A stretch of 64,000 nt of DNA from Phallusia mammillata. Lineage: Eukaryota. This document shows, in pieces, positions 25,060 to 38,000 of this stretch (its first letter is position 1; every line of letters begins with the position of its first letter). A program made the position numbers and the translations under genes. Below the pieces are notes generated by a model. It was not told the origin of the DNA. It saw nothing but the letters and a program-made list of their open reading frames with translations, and made no database searches. The stretch is from NCBI GenBank assembly GCA_965637545.1, contig OZ281495.1, forward strand, positions 26,846,001 to 26,910,000, in the 5' to 3' direction.

Positions 25060-26150
25060 AAACATGGTTTGGCATGTGTTGTTCGTTATTAAGTATTGCC
25101 TGTCTATGACCCGAAGTTTCGAATAGCTGCTGAATATATTTCGGCTAAATATATCCATCTGGCAGGGTTTTGGTTTAGGCGGAACTTTTCAAACCTGAAA
25201 CGAAACCAAAACATCGCTCAAACGAAGCCTGTTGTTAAAATCTTCAGGAAAGATAAAGTCATCTTGAACGTATTAGTTGGTCGTAGACACACAATGCTGA
25301 CAGGTTGTCTCGTATTTCTGTAACATTGTGCTAGTTGCGCGACTGCTCCCCGCCGTCAGTTAAGTGTTCCCAAGGATATAAACGATAGAGCCCCTTTGCA
25401 AGCATGTTAGTAAAATCTCGTAAGTTAGAGCACTTGCAAAGCAAAGACTCTTTGCAGAGAAGTAGTTGATATTAGTGCTTGTGACATATTTTTTGCGTGG
25501 ATTATTACCTTGAAAATTCAAACTGGTTTGTTTGATTGACCTGGTTATGAAGCGGATGCAAACACGTATTAGTTGGTACGTTTCTCCAAAAATAGGCTGA
25601 ACTGATTGTTTCGTATTAAGGCTATAGCTTTTCAAATTGCCCACTACCGTTTTGGCCAAAAAATATACCATTCATGTATGTATGTGTAATGTCATAACAG
25701 ACTACAAGAATTAACCGGTGTAAATCAGCCATTCTTGTATGTGTCGTTTTTATCACGTTTGGCATTTGTTGTTCGTTATTATAAGTACTGCCTGTCTATA
25801 GCCCGTTTCGAAATCCTGAAACATTTCGGCTGAATATGTCCTATATTTCAAACCTGAAACGAAACCAAAACATCGCTCAAACGAAGTCTATTGTTAAAAT
25901 TTTCAGGAAAGATGATATTAGTTGGTCGTAGAGTCTACGACGTAGACACACAATGCTGACAGGTTGTGTCGCATTTCTGTACCATAGTGCTATTTGCGCG
26001 ACTGTTCCCCGCCGTTAGTTAAGTGTTTCAAAGGATATAACCGATAAATCTCCTTTGCAATCATGTTAGTAAGATCTCGTAAGCTGGAGCACTTGCAAGG
26101 CAAAGACTCTTTGCAGAGAACAAAATCTTACTCAAGACATTTATATAGAG
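25060..26150 (+). repeat. Two further partial copies of the degenerate unit (cacaatgctgacaggttgt... and gaaacgaaaccaaaacat)
   Basis: Blocks at about 25060-25620 and 25730-26150 match 28790-28970 joined to 28250-28600, consistent with a decayed tandem array. Confidence 0.7.
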
Positions 26151-26170
26151 TGCTATATCGTTATGTACAG

Positions 26171-27038
26171 CAGTGCTTCCCAACCTTTTCCACCTCACGG
26201 CCCACTTTTCAAAAAAATTTTTTTGGCGGACCACCGTTTACTGAGAACAAAAAATAAGAAACAAAAGTAATAACCACACAAGCAATACTCTTGTTAATCT
26301 GATTTGATATGAAGACATCAAGTCGGAGTTTATTGGGAGAGAAGCTTACACGCAATGCAGCATTTAGTGCAGTGGTTCCCAACCTTTTTTGTTACATTCC
26401 TCCCTTTGCCCATTTTCGAACTATTCATTCCTCCCCATAAGACGAAAAACAAATAGGCTAACATAAAAAATTATAGCAATTTGAAATAGACCTTATAATT
26501 AGGGATGTCCATTTCAGAAACCTTTACAACCGGTTCCAAATGTGAACCGGGTCCAAATTATAATGGACATAATAATGTGTGTACAAAAATATTGTGTAAC
26601 ATTTCCAATGTAATTTTTTTTTACAGTTTTTATGAAATTCCTCCCCTGAACTCCTAAAATTCCTCCCTAGGGAGGAATTCCTCCCCGGTTGGGAACCACT
26701 GATTTAGTGTTTCAGTGTTAAGACTCTTTCGTGTCTTCGATTTCGTGATGGTTACTAATAGTGTTGTGATGCGACAATTGCAGTTTAAATACTGTTGTGA
26801 CGTGACAATTGTAGTTTGTTTGTGTGATAAAGCTTTGTTTAACGTTAAATCCTATACGGATTTCATATTAAGTAATATTAGAGTAATATAGTTAAACCTA
26901 TAGGTTTTTATAAAGTACGTTCTCACGAACTGTGTTAATTTTTTTAACTTTTTTATTAGTATTGTCATAGTTTGAAAAGCTTCGCGGCCCACCAGGAATA
27001 ACGTCACGGCCCACCAGTGGGCCGCGGACCACCAGTTG
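26171..27038. mobile_element. Outer hAT MITE (right TIR truncated) containing a nested MITE
   Basis: Left end cagtgcttcccaacc preceded by atgtacag. Right end ...gggccgcggaccaccagttg followed by atatacag (7/8 TSD match). Confidence 0.5.
26370..26701. mobile_element. hAT MITE, nested
   Basis: TIRs cagtggttcccaacc / ggttgggaaccactg; perfect TSD atttagtg (26362-69, 26702-09). Confidence 0.9.
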
Positions 27039-27064
27039 ATATACAGTATTTTGCCTTATGCTGC

Positions 27065-28970
27065 CTTGATAAACATAATGTTGTGTCAACAGAATTTTTA
27101 GCTCTTCCGGCAGTTTTTTATTGTAATATGCCAACGTTTCGATGTCCCATACGAAACACCTTCATCAGGGTAATGACATACATTGCAAACACAAGTTATT
27201 ATAAAGCGAAAAGGGCGGCGAAACACACACAAAAATATTACAATAAAAAACTGCCGGAAGAGCTAAAAATTCTGTTAATACGTTATGCCTGGCAGCAACA
27301 GTGTATTCATAATGTTGTGTCTTTCGAACATCTGCTGGTAATTGAGTATGATTTATTTCACACGATAGCCATAAGGACGCAAGTGAGTTCTATGTTGTTT
27401 GGTTGCCTATCTTGAAGTAAAGCACAACGCCACTGCATTTTATATGGTTAGAAATATATTTAGCAAAATACTAGTTAAAGAATCGAGTATACGCATAGAG
27501 ACATGAAATACAGCGATCTACAACGTAAACGCGAAATGCACAGCGGAGTGTTCTACTATAAACTCTTACACTTCATAAGTTATATACGGAAGACGAGTCA
27601 GAATTATTTGAAAAGAGATAGAGAAAGACAGTTACTCGAAAGAAGAAGTGGTCAGTTACACTGACTTACATTCGTTACACTCGACCGATAATGAGGCTAA
27701 GCTAGCAGTTTTAGCGAAGCATAAAACACTGCGTGCAAACCAAATACGAGCTTGTCCACCTACGTGGCGCTGTGCATAAAGTTTTCCAATACGAAATCGC
27801 GTGTTAAAGACGTTGACCTAAAAATAAGAGACCATTCACCCAGAGATGCTGATTGGACAAATGCGCATAACCTAATGTAAAAGGGATGAGGGTGCCGAGT
27901 GTCTATGACGTTTGTGGTTATTTGTAAGACCAAGTTCTTGCTACTTAATTCAAATGTTTGTTTGACTTATATAGCGTGTTGTGTCATAAAATGACTTTAC
28001 CACAGACAGCTTTCAGAATCGGAGGATTGTGGTTGAATAGACAGTTACACTTGAATGTATAAACCTACCATAAGTCTATGTGCTATGTGTTTACTTGCAA
28101 TTAGCTATGCGCCAGTTACGTAAATTACTGACGAATTTATACAACTGAAAATGGTATCTATATTACTGAAGAAAGATCTCACGCACGTCTGTTTGCATTC
28201 ACAGTGGTTAAAATAGCAATGAGACAACAACACATGATATCAACTTCAGGAAAGATGAAGTCATTATATGGCATATTAGTTGGTCGTAGACACACAATGC
28301 TGACAGGTTGTGTCGTATTTCTGTGCCATTGTGTTACTGTGTTAGTTGCGCGACTGCTCCCCGCCGTCAGTTAAGTGTTCAGAAAAATAGACGATAAAGC
28401 GATCATGTTTGTAAAATCTCGTGAGTTGAATCACTTGCAAGGCAAAGACTCTTTGCAGAGAAGTAGCTGATATTAATGATCCTGACATATTTTTTGCGAG
28501 AATTATTGCCTTGAAATTTCGCCCTGGTTTGTTTGCTTAATCTGCTTAATGATGTGTATGCAATCACGTGTCAGTTGGTACGTTTCTCCAAACAGTGGTA
28601 ATATTCATCTTTTTGGTAGGTGGTGATCTAAATAACCAATTTAACTAAAAATTACCCTCCTACTCTGCTTTGCCGTCAGGAGTGCTGTGTTTTGGGCTAA
28701 CACTTTGTAGTGAGGCGAATAACCGAAAGGGAAGAAGTCAGTTACAGATATTAGAGACAACTTGTACTGCAACGGGCAAGTGTTTCTATATAAACCATTC
28801 TTGTGTGTGTCGTTTTTATCAGATTTGGCATATGTTGTTCGTTATTAAGTACTGCCTGTCCATGTCCGAAGCTTCGAATGGCAGAAACATTTCGGCTGAT
28901 AATGTCCTTTCTGGCAAGGTTTTGGCTTAGGTGGAACTTTTTAAACCTGAAACGAAACCAAAACATTTAA
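27065..28970. repeat. Copy 2 of the segmental duplication, directly upstream of the fucosyltransferase
   Basis: Contains the inverted counterpart of 22150-22700 (e.g. ccacctacgtggcgc vs gcgccacctaggtgg), followed by the direct counterpart starting acagctttcagaatcggagg at about 28005. Confidence 0.75.
27088..27307 (-). mobile_element. Short Penelope-like/retrozyme-like insertion with minimal hammerhead, 42-bp perfect inverted repeat and 14-bp TSD
   Basis: TSD cataatgttgtgtc at 27074-87 and 27308-21. IR arms 27088-27129 and 27235-27276. Minus strand ccCTGATGAaggtg...catcGAAAcgttgg at 27170-27131. Confidence 0.75.
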
Positions 28971-29335
28971 TGTTAAAAAAGTTCATTGTTAAAACATTGT
29001 TTCAGGTTTACAACTCACCAATTAAAACGTGAAAAGTTTTCTGAATATTGTCTTTAAAGTATTCAAGCCATGTTGGGAGCATATATTAAGACACAAACTG
29101 ATATTTTAGCCACGAAATAAAAACACCTTGGAAACCGTTGATCTTAGCAATAAGTACAGAAGATTTTCGGTGTGTTTGTAATGTTTCTTGAATCGACAAA
29201 GATTGCTAATGACAAGACAAACAGAAAAGAAGTACTCTCACGTTCAGCAGTATATGATTACATTCTGATTGGCTTTAACTTTGTTTTTGTACGGGCAGAG
29301 TTGTATTTGTATGTTGCTGTTTTTAAACTAGAATT

Positions 29336-32300
29336 ATGAGAAAGCTGTTTGCACAAATATCGGTTTTCTTGGCCGTATTTGCTTGCATGGGCTTCTACTT
29401 CAACTGGAGATATGAAAACAGTTTTCCCATTCCCAACCATGGTAAGAAAATATTAGTTTGCTTTAAAAGGTGCCTTAAAATTTTCATTGTTTTAACGTAG
29501 TCGATTTGTTATTTTTTACACAAACCTTATATTTTCTCAGCAACCTTGTGGTATCACAAATTTCATGAAGCTTTCCAGGAGTTTAGAAATGCAACCACAA
29601 AAGTAATGATACCGTCAACAAAAGCAACTCCTGACTTTCTACAATCTACAATATTAAGGAATAATGAAAATAATGTCAATTTTTCAAAAAGCGGTAAGGG
29701 AACCTGAATTGTCTACTAGATGTCACAAATACTTATATTTAGTTTTCATTCAATATTTAACTAACAAAAAATCAGAATTTCTGATTGTAACTCTGAGCGT
29801 CGAGACAAAAAACTTTACTATTTATTAATTAGATGTGTTCATTTGACGGAGTTTTGTTAGTTTTAGTGTACAATCGTCATTGCGTGTGTCAAACCTTTTC
29901 TTTTTAATGAAATCTCCTTTCAGGTAAAGCAACTGCGACGAGTTCTTTTTTCTTGACCTCGTGTGTGTCAAAATTAGTTGTGATCTCTATTATCTCTTAC
30001 TTATTATAACCACAAAGATTTATTTTGACAGATAGTTTTAGAGTCCAGGAAACGTCAAGGCAAGTTTTGACTACAGCTACGGCGATCTCCTCAAAACCTG
30101 CAACAACAACACCAACAACATTTAGTACGTTAATGTTGGTAGTGCAAAAAAATGTTTTAAACTTGGTTCTCGTTTAGACTAGCCAAAACAACTTTGACTC
30201 TTTAAAATAGTATCAAAAGGCGCGGGTTTTCTTTTCATTTGGTGAACTAGTAGCTTTGTTTTAGGGCAGTGGTCAGCAACCTTTTTTCTACTGCGGGCCG
30301 TTTTTTAAACTGAAATTTTATCGCTGACCGGCCTTCAAAAAAACTACAAATATTTAGCAATGAAAACACACAAATTAGTTTATAATCCCCGGGATACATG
30401 GGGAAAATGTTTTAGAGCATTTAACCTGAAAAATAAAACGGCCCGGTAGCAAACTCGTCGCGGACCAGTACCGGGACGCAGACCGGCGGTTGCTGACCAC
30501 TGTTTTAGGGAACACAACACGGAAGCCAGCTCGGTTCGGAATGTTTTTAAATAAAGTTTCAATAAATTGCAGTAGTATTGACCAAACAAAATGTTAGGAA
30601 AGTGAAACACTGTATTTTATAGTTTGACAAGATCAATTGCTATCTAGAGGATTTCGTTATAACTTACGGATACATTTAACAAAATGTTAATGTAAAATTA
30701 AATGTCACATGCTCGCCAGAGGGCATTTTCAGTACCACTAAAAACATGTTAAAGGCTTGCATTGATTCTTTCGCTAATGCATTAGCATCACCATTTAGAA
30801 ATACAAGTACTAAGTAAGAAACTAAAGCAATTAACTAAGTATAGAAGACAAGTTCTAATAACCAAATGTTGTTCAAAAGGTTATATTTTTTGTATTGTGT
30901 TATATTAACATAACTTGACCAAACATAAGTTGGTAAAATTATTTCTAAACTTACATCACATCCCACATCTTTGCAAAGAAAAATAGAGATAAAGGAAAAA
31001 CCTTGGTTTAAATGGGACATGTATTTCCATTTGATCTTTACCTTGTGTGCAATGTTTTAGAAACGCCGGTGATTCTTTTATGGAACCCAACATTCCCCAA
31101 TCACAGATGGCAATTGCCAAACACAGATGTATGTGGCAATGGTTGCGAACTGACCAATAACATAACGAGATTCAATGAAAGTGACGCCGTTGTGTTTTGG
31201 ATGGAGAAAACAACAAGTGAAGTCAAAAATCACCCCTACATGCGTTACAGGTATATTGGATTTTCAGTAGTTTTTGCACAGCTTGCAATGGGAGTAAAAC
31301 TCTCAGTTTGTAACCAAAAAAATATTGTAAAAAGTGTTTGCGTTTTTTGGTGGTTCTCGTAGTTTACAATCGAATGTGAGGGAATTTATTTGTTTTTTCA
31401 TTTTGTTTAAACAAGGGTTTGTATAGAAACTCCACACACCCACATAAAAGTAATTTAGTCAAAATCGTAACAGGTTTGCATAACTACTAAGTCGGCGGTA
31501 AAATATGACAAAAGAAAATAATTATAGATATTGTTGTCACATTATAGCCACATTTCCATCATTTAAAGAATTTTTCGTACGACGCGTTTCATTTGCCTCG
31601 GATTAGAGAATACCATTCTAGTGGTCACAACGTTTAAAATTGTGAACTTATACGTGAAACGGACCCCTGTACAAAAAAAATTAAACTTTGATTCCTCGTG
31701 CAGGCGTCCGGACCAGGCGTTCGCGTGGTGGTGTGGTGAAAGTGCTTGGACAACTAATAATTTTCATCGACGAAACTTGCACGGCTATGAGAATTTCTTC
31801 AACTGGTCAATGCACTACAGATCCGACTCGGACGTAATTAATGCCCTAATGCCACACAGCGCAAGGGATTGGTTTTTGCATCGTGTGGGAAGGTATTCAA
31901 TGGCCATGTATATTATTTGCAACAAACAGTCTCGCGTAAACTACAGTACATATTTTAAATGTTATGTAATTGCACAAAATGATAGAAAATTTGTCTAAAA
32001 TTACAACATAATTACTTGGGAATCGTACAGTGGCCAGGCTCGGTCTGTTCCACATGTTGCGACTAAATTGTGCTGTCAATTTAGTGATTCTAGCTTTCAT
32101 TTACATTTATGGTTGTTTATTGTGTTGTGTAGAGCCAACGAATCGTCCTACAAGGAACTAAAACTGGTTACTTCAGAGAAAGAATTTGATGTTATGTTTG
32201 AAAAATTATTGCAGGTTGGTAACTTGTTACTTGAGATAAATCTAGAGTAAATATTTGTGTTGTAATCAAATCATAAAAAATGTGAATCGTCGTTGTACTG

Positions 32301-33753
32301 ACAATAACTAAAAGCCAAAACATCGCTGGACGTCGTAAATTGGTGGGCAAATTAAAACAAAACAAGGTTCGACGAAAAATATTTACACATACTCTCTCCG
32401 TAAATTGCAAGAGATAAAATATACAAAATAACGAGAATTGCTTTTAGCATCACGCCAGTTGAACGACAAATTGGTTAAATATGCAACCATGGTGGACGAA
32501 AAGTTTGTTTATTTTTAAGTTATCTGCGGTACTTATGCTGTTATAATAACCAGAGTTTATTCGGCTGCACAACTGGCCTTTTCATGCGATTCGTAGAGCT
32601 CAATTAAACTACAGTTTTTACTTGTCCCAAATTTAATCAATTATTGATTTTCTTTTGCAGACGAAGAAAAAAGGTGCGGCTTGGGTTGTGAGCGATTGCG
32701 ACTTGATGAAGGGCGCCAAAGCCCGAATGGAATTTGGCAAACGGATAGAAACGGAAGGAGAGTATAAGTTTGATATGTTTGGAGCATGTTCAAAAAAATA
32801 TCTGCCCTATGACAACGACAAGTTCTTCGAGGCTTTACAAGAATACAAGTAGGTTGGCGCATATTGGGTACGAAATATCTGTTAACCTTGTGTTTCAAAT
32901 ACAAAAGCATAGAAATTCGACTAGCTCAAGACACACAGTTACCAGGCAAATTTGAGTTGGTTATGGTGTTTTATTTTAACGCGAAAATTTCAGTAACACA
33001 AAATTCGGTAAAATATATATTTGCATAAAAATGCTTGCAATAACCTATAATTTTATGCATATTTTATCCTTATGATTTCGTTACCTTGCGACGGTTACAA
33101 TTTTGTGGTCAAAGAAAAGCAAAAAAAGCACTAAATGTCTAGTTAAACTTGGTACGAAATTGCCCTGACCTGTATTTTAATACTTTTTTTTAATAAAGGC
33201 AGTTTAAAGTGTGTTTCTTATTTTTAGGTTTTACTTTGCTTTTGAAAATACGTTTAATTGCAAAGACTATATCACTGAGAAGTTTTGGTACAATGGGTTG
33301 TATGCTGGGCTGGTTCCTGTGGTTTTAGGTTCATCCAAAGACAACGTGAAACGTTTGGCTCCGCCGGGCTCCTATCTACACGTGGAAGACTTTAACAATG
33401 ATCCAAAGCTACTTGCGGAGTTTCTTCGATATTTAGAAACAAATGACACAGCATATAAAGAGTATTTCAGGTACATCTTTTGGCAGTCATCCAAAAATTA
33501 CGTTTTTGACAATACTTACATGTGTTTTTGCAGATGGTGGACCATGCCTGGGTTTTATCCGCTTTTTAAAATCCGCGAAGGAGAGGTAGAGGACGACCAC
33601 GTGGCTATTTGGCACGAAGACTTCCAAGTCATGGGATTCTGTCATCTCTGTAAGAAGTTACAAAATGGCGACCATTTACACACGCATAAAGTCATTCCGG
33701 ATTTTTGGCAAGATTTCTACGGCAAAGAAGAACCGGAGTGCTACCAGCCCTAA
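29336..33753 (+). CDS. Alpha-1,3-fucosyltransferase (GT10), type II membrane protein, about 487 aa, 9 exons
   Basis: Exons 29336-29441, 29541-29693, 30032-30124, 31061-31250, 31704-31892, 32133-32214, 32661-32848, 33228-33470, 33534-33753 join in frame (1464 nt). N-terminal TM, Thr-rich stem, motifs ESDAVVF, GESA, FNWSMHYRSDSDV, AWVVSDC and YKFYFAFENTFNCKDYITEKFW. Confidence 0.92.
30267..30502. mobile_element. hAT MITE in a fucosyltransferase intron
   Basis: TIRs cagtggtcagcaacc / ggttgctgaccactg; perfect TSD ttttaggg. Same family as 60451-60628. Confidence 0.9.
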
Positions 33754-35085
33754 CGAAATCATTTATCCAGCTAGTTGCCATATCTACAATGTGTTTGCGA
33801 CGAGTAGAAAAATGACTAAGACCTCGAGATGTCCGTTGAGGGGTGTATAAATGGTATCCACTGCAGCTTGTATTCACACTGTAGAGTCAAATTTGTTTTT
33901 GTAGATCTTGTTCAATACTTTGTTGTATGCTATACTGTGTTTCATTTTTGTTAACATTTAACTTCTAAAACTTTACATGAACTGAGAACTTGATGCGACG
34001 AGGCATCAGGGTGCTGCCTGGTCTGCCAAGATATCACCTCTTTGTACAACACGGATTCTTAAGTGCTGGCCGGACGAACGGTGACTACAAGGACTATAAT
34101 GACGTCACAAACCACATTAATTGTGCAACAAACATTTCTTGTAAAAATAGAATCAGTCGAAAGTTTCGACTCGAAACTGTAGATATATGTTTGGTTGCAA
34201 CGGTGTATTAAACCTATTTCACTCACGCAAAACTAGAAAGTTCTAGGAGTATACTAAGTTTTGCGCAACACAGTTAGGCAAATATAATACAGTTGTATTG
34301 GTCTGGTTTAAATTAAGTTTGAACTGAATTGGCAATGAAAGTGCCCTAACTGTATCAGTTTGTGAGTTCACGCATTGTCCTGATTTGTGATTTAAGCGGC
34401 AGGCGTAAAATGCCTCAAGCATTGAAGCAAATTCTTGATTTTACAAGAAGGAACTTTGTTTTGCTTATCGTTGTTGCAAGCAATTTATGTGTGCTGGCAA
34501 GTTTTCGGTGTGGCTATAGTTAGGAAAAGGTAGACACCTATTTATTAAGAGTAAAGCAGTGTGCCTTACTGAATGAAGAACGACAGACAAGCGGTCAAAA
34601 TAAGTTTGTGTCAGATGTTAAAACACTAACTTTGGTTAGGATTAGTACATATACAGCTTAAATAAAAGGTAGCCTTGCTGGTTTCATCATGTTAGCAACT
34701 TCGAAAATTTTTGACTTACATTTTGCATTACAGATGTTAAAGTTTCAAATTTTGGACTGAAGGATTTTGGTTTCAGTATTTGGATCAACAACAGTTGTTG
34801 TTAATATCACTTGGAAAAGCAATGGTCAATAACTTTGGTTCATAACGGATCATTTCAACAAGTCTATTCCAACCGAAGGATTTAAGTAGAAAAATGTATT
34901 TAGATGAATAATAATGTCAGTTATTTGTGTGGTTTTTAAAGTAAGTATACCCAAGCATGTAAGAACAAGTTTATTAAAATGTGTAATTTGTTACAACAAA
35001 TTTATTCATATCGGTTTATAAATGGATTAATTATGTGCAAATTTTTTCTAGAAAATTATTTTCTAGTTAGTAGAGTCTAGAAAAG

Positions 35086-38000
35086 TCATGCTCCCATTTC
35101 AAAAACAGCAAGGAACGATTTGAAATCAGTCAGGCTTCCATTCAACTGTATTTCTCCGTCTTCGTATGCCATCATGGCCAACTTTTGCTGCGTCACTATC
35201 TCTTTCCATACCCTTGACGTCATAGTGAGCATGACGTCAAATGAGTCAGGTAATTTAGCTACATCGGATCCCTGTGTATACTCAAAAACGCAATGCCTTA
35301 AAATGTAACGGTACCAGGTTGTAAGGTCTGTAAAAACAAATACTAAATTGACCACGATTGATTCGTCGCAGGCGTCTGCATCAAGTCGAGTGGTTCCTAG
35401 TTTCATTATCGTGTCCATATTTGAATTCATTGTGTTTGCAACCTGCAATTTGTTCTTTCCAGCAGGGGGCGCTCCGTCGTCAAGCTCACTAGCGCAGGAC
35501 ATGTAATAATTTCGGGCGTTGGCATTCTTACTGCTGGCACCGAGAGCGCGTAAGGCATCGTACTTTACTTGTTTAACTTCGTTTAAGCGATGTTGGCGAT
35601 TTGCTGCACTCCAGTCTAAAGCGATGGTGGAGAGCTCTAGCGCCCACTGAAGCTCATTTACGAGAAATACTCCCTTCGCTTGGTACCGGTCATCGGATTT
35701 ATTCAGACTTGTCTGAGCACTGGAAAGAATTCTGTCCAATGCAGAAGTTCCTTTTGGTTGATCCGGGGAAAGTAATTCGAGCCATCGATTGGCTCGCTCA
35801 GATCTTGCCAATTGGTTTAGGTTCACAGGATCTCCATCGAACCAACCGAAGTAATGATTGTAAACTCCTCGAACGGACCAAGACACAGTTCCGTAGAACT
35901 CCTGCAACCAATGATGGTTGGCCAACTTGGTCGGCAGCCTCACGTTCTCCACAACCTCATCTAAGCGAAAACCTTTATTGGTCAACCTGATCGTTTGGTC
36001 GTGCACGTACTGTATGGCGTCACGATAGTGGGTGATGATGTCATAAATCTTTTGCGCCCCGATGACGGGTCGGGTGTGGGAGGGCACCATGTACTCGGCC
36101 CCGAGTGCGCGCACGTCATCGAGGCTGCGAAACCACTTCTCGGTGTTGCGCGATGGACTTCCCCTGATTGCGTAGAGATTGGGGAAAGCCTCGTAGACGT
36201 TGTCAGCCGGCATCAGGAGTTTCTTCTCTGGAATCCACACCGAAATCTGGTCGTCTGTTTCACCGGGCGTGTGTAGAAGTTCAAAGGTAATGCCTAGAAG
36301 TTTTTACAATTGTGATATTTTTTAGATACTTTTGCAGAATGATGTTTTTACATTGCTACAATGTATTACATTCACAATTTCAAAAATCCTCATGATTTTT
36401 TATAACATTCCAGCTTGTTTTTATTATTATTATTCTTAAACCGTTTTTTGTACTAACTTTGCCCTAAAGTTTGATCAGTTTTGTTACAACCGTTCTTTGT
36501 CAGCGGTATAGAAGCGGTTATTAGTGCTTCTAATTGAGTCATGTACCAACGCAGCGATGTGCTGGAACGAATCTTCTACCTGCCACAGTATGGGTAGCAT
36601 GTTTGTCAAATGTGTGTGTTGCTTTTGCAAACTCGTAAACTCCACCGATCTTCAGAGAGGGCCCTATTCCTGAATTTACATGATCACTTCCCTTGCGCAG
36701 CTTAACTCCAAACTGACGGACAACTCGACGAATATTTTCGTCCTTTGTTGCAGCTGTGAAGAAAAAATCTCATTTAATAAGGTATTTTGATATCAAGTAC
36801 ACATGAAGGTTACACTGTTTGCAAAAATATACATGGGTTGCTCCTCTTTCAGTTTTGTTTTGAAAAATAGTTTTGTTTGTAACACTACATACGGATCTGT
36901 TCATAAGTTTAATGGTGAAAATAACGGCCCAAATGGACGTAAAAAGCGACATGCTTTATTGTTCAAACGTTTCGGCAAATGCTCATGCCATCATCAGTTA
37001 TATGAAGGCCACATCAATTGCACCCATTTATATACACTTTAGTCCAGTGATTCTCAAACTGTGTGCCGCGGCACACTAGTGTGCCATGAGAGATTTCCAA
37101 GTGTTGCGCGAAATATTTCCTATTTTAAAGTGCAAACATTCCCTCGTGTTTTAGGATTCCATGACAAAATACTGGTGTGCAAACAACGTTTACAAGCTCA
37201 TATTTTTGTTATTGGTAATGAAAAACATCCATAGGCATCAGAATAAAGTTGAAAATTAACATTCTTTGAATAAGTTTTTTATGTTTACCTGCGAAGTGTG
37301 CCGCAAAAGAAAATTGTAGTTTTTTAATGTGCCGCATGCTTAAAAAGTTTGAGAACCACTGCTTTAGTGGCATAAAAGAATGATAAAAAGGTGCGAAACA
37401 AGCGTCGCATAAAAACGATAGATAAAAAGGTGCGCAGAAGCGAGGTGTAAGCCACCTGCGAGTGTGCGTCTGACCAAAGTATATGTAATAGACTTTGCGT
37501 CTGACCAAACAGGTGCAGAGCAACTACGACATACAATATATTTGCAAACAAAGAAACAATAGTAGGACAGCACGTCACATCAAAAATACGCAATAAGTTA
37601 ATTAGGTATTAAACAAAAACAGAGGAACCGACTTAGAATCAACGTTTAATTCCGGTTTATAGCGTTGAATGAAGATTGATTCCAGTAACATTAGTCAATA
37701 GTGGTCCCTGGCTGTCCCAAGCACTTCCGGGTTTTTAAAGTCCACTACATGGTCTTAGTTTTGTTTGTTTTTGTTATTCGTAGCCTCGAGTTTTCGTTTC
37801 ACTATACGACTCTCACCGTATCTCCGCAACTCAAATTCAGTGGTAGAATGCATGAAGACTTCCACTTTTCCTTCCGCCTGGTCCACTAACGCCTTGGCCC
37901 CCAAAATGTGATCTGTGTTGTGAAAAGGGGAATTGGCGTGTATTACTTACATTAAAGTTTCAATCACAACTTTAAGAAATCTTGTAATAGCCTATTTTGC

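Noticed and set aside
23270-28600. Repeated cacaatgctgacagg units as a CRISPR array or as coding exons
   Set aside because: Units are hundreds of bp, degenerate and irregularly spaced, with no unique spacers or cas genes and no conserved reading frame between copies.
35120-36276. Plus-strand ORFs (e.g. 35601-35990, 35995-36276) and similar antisense ORFs over other sulfatase exons
   Set aside because: They are shadows of the GC-richer sulfatase coding strand and have no independent features.
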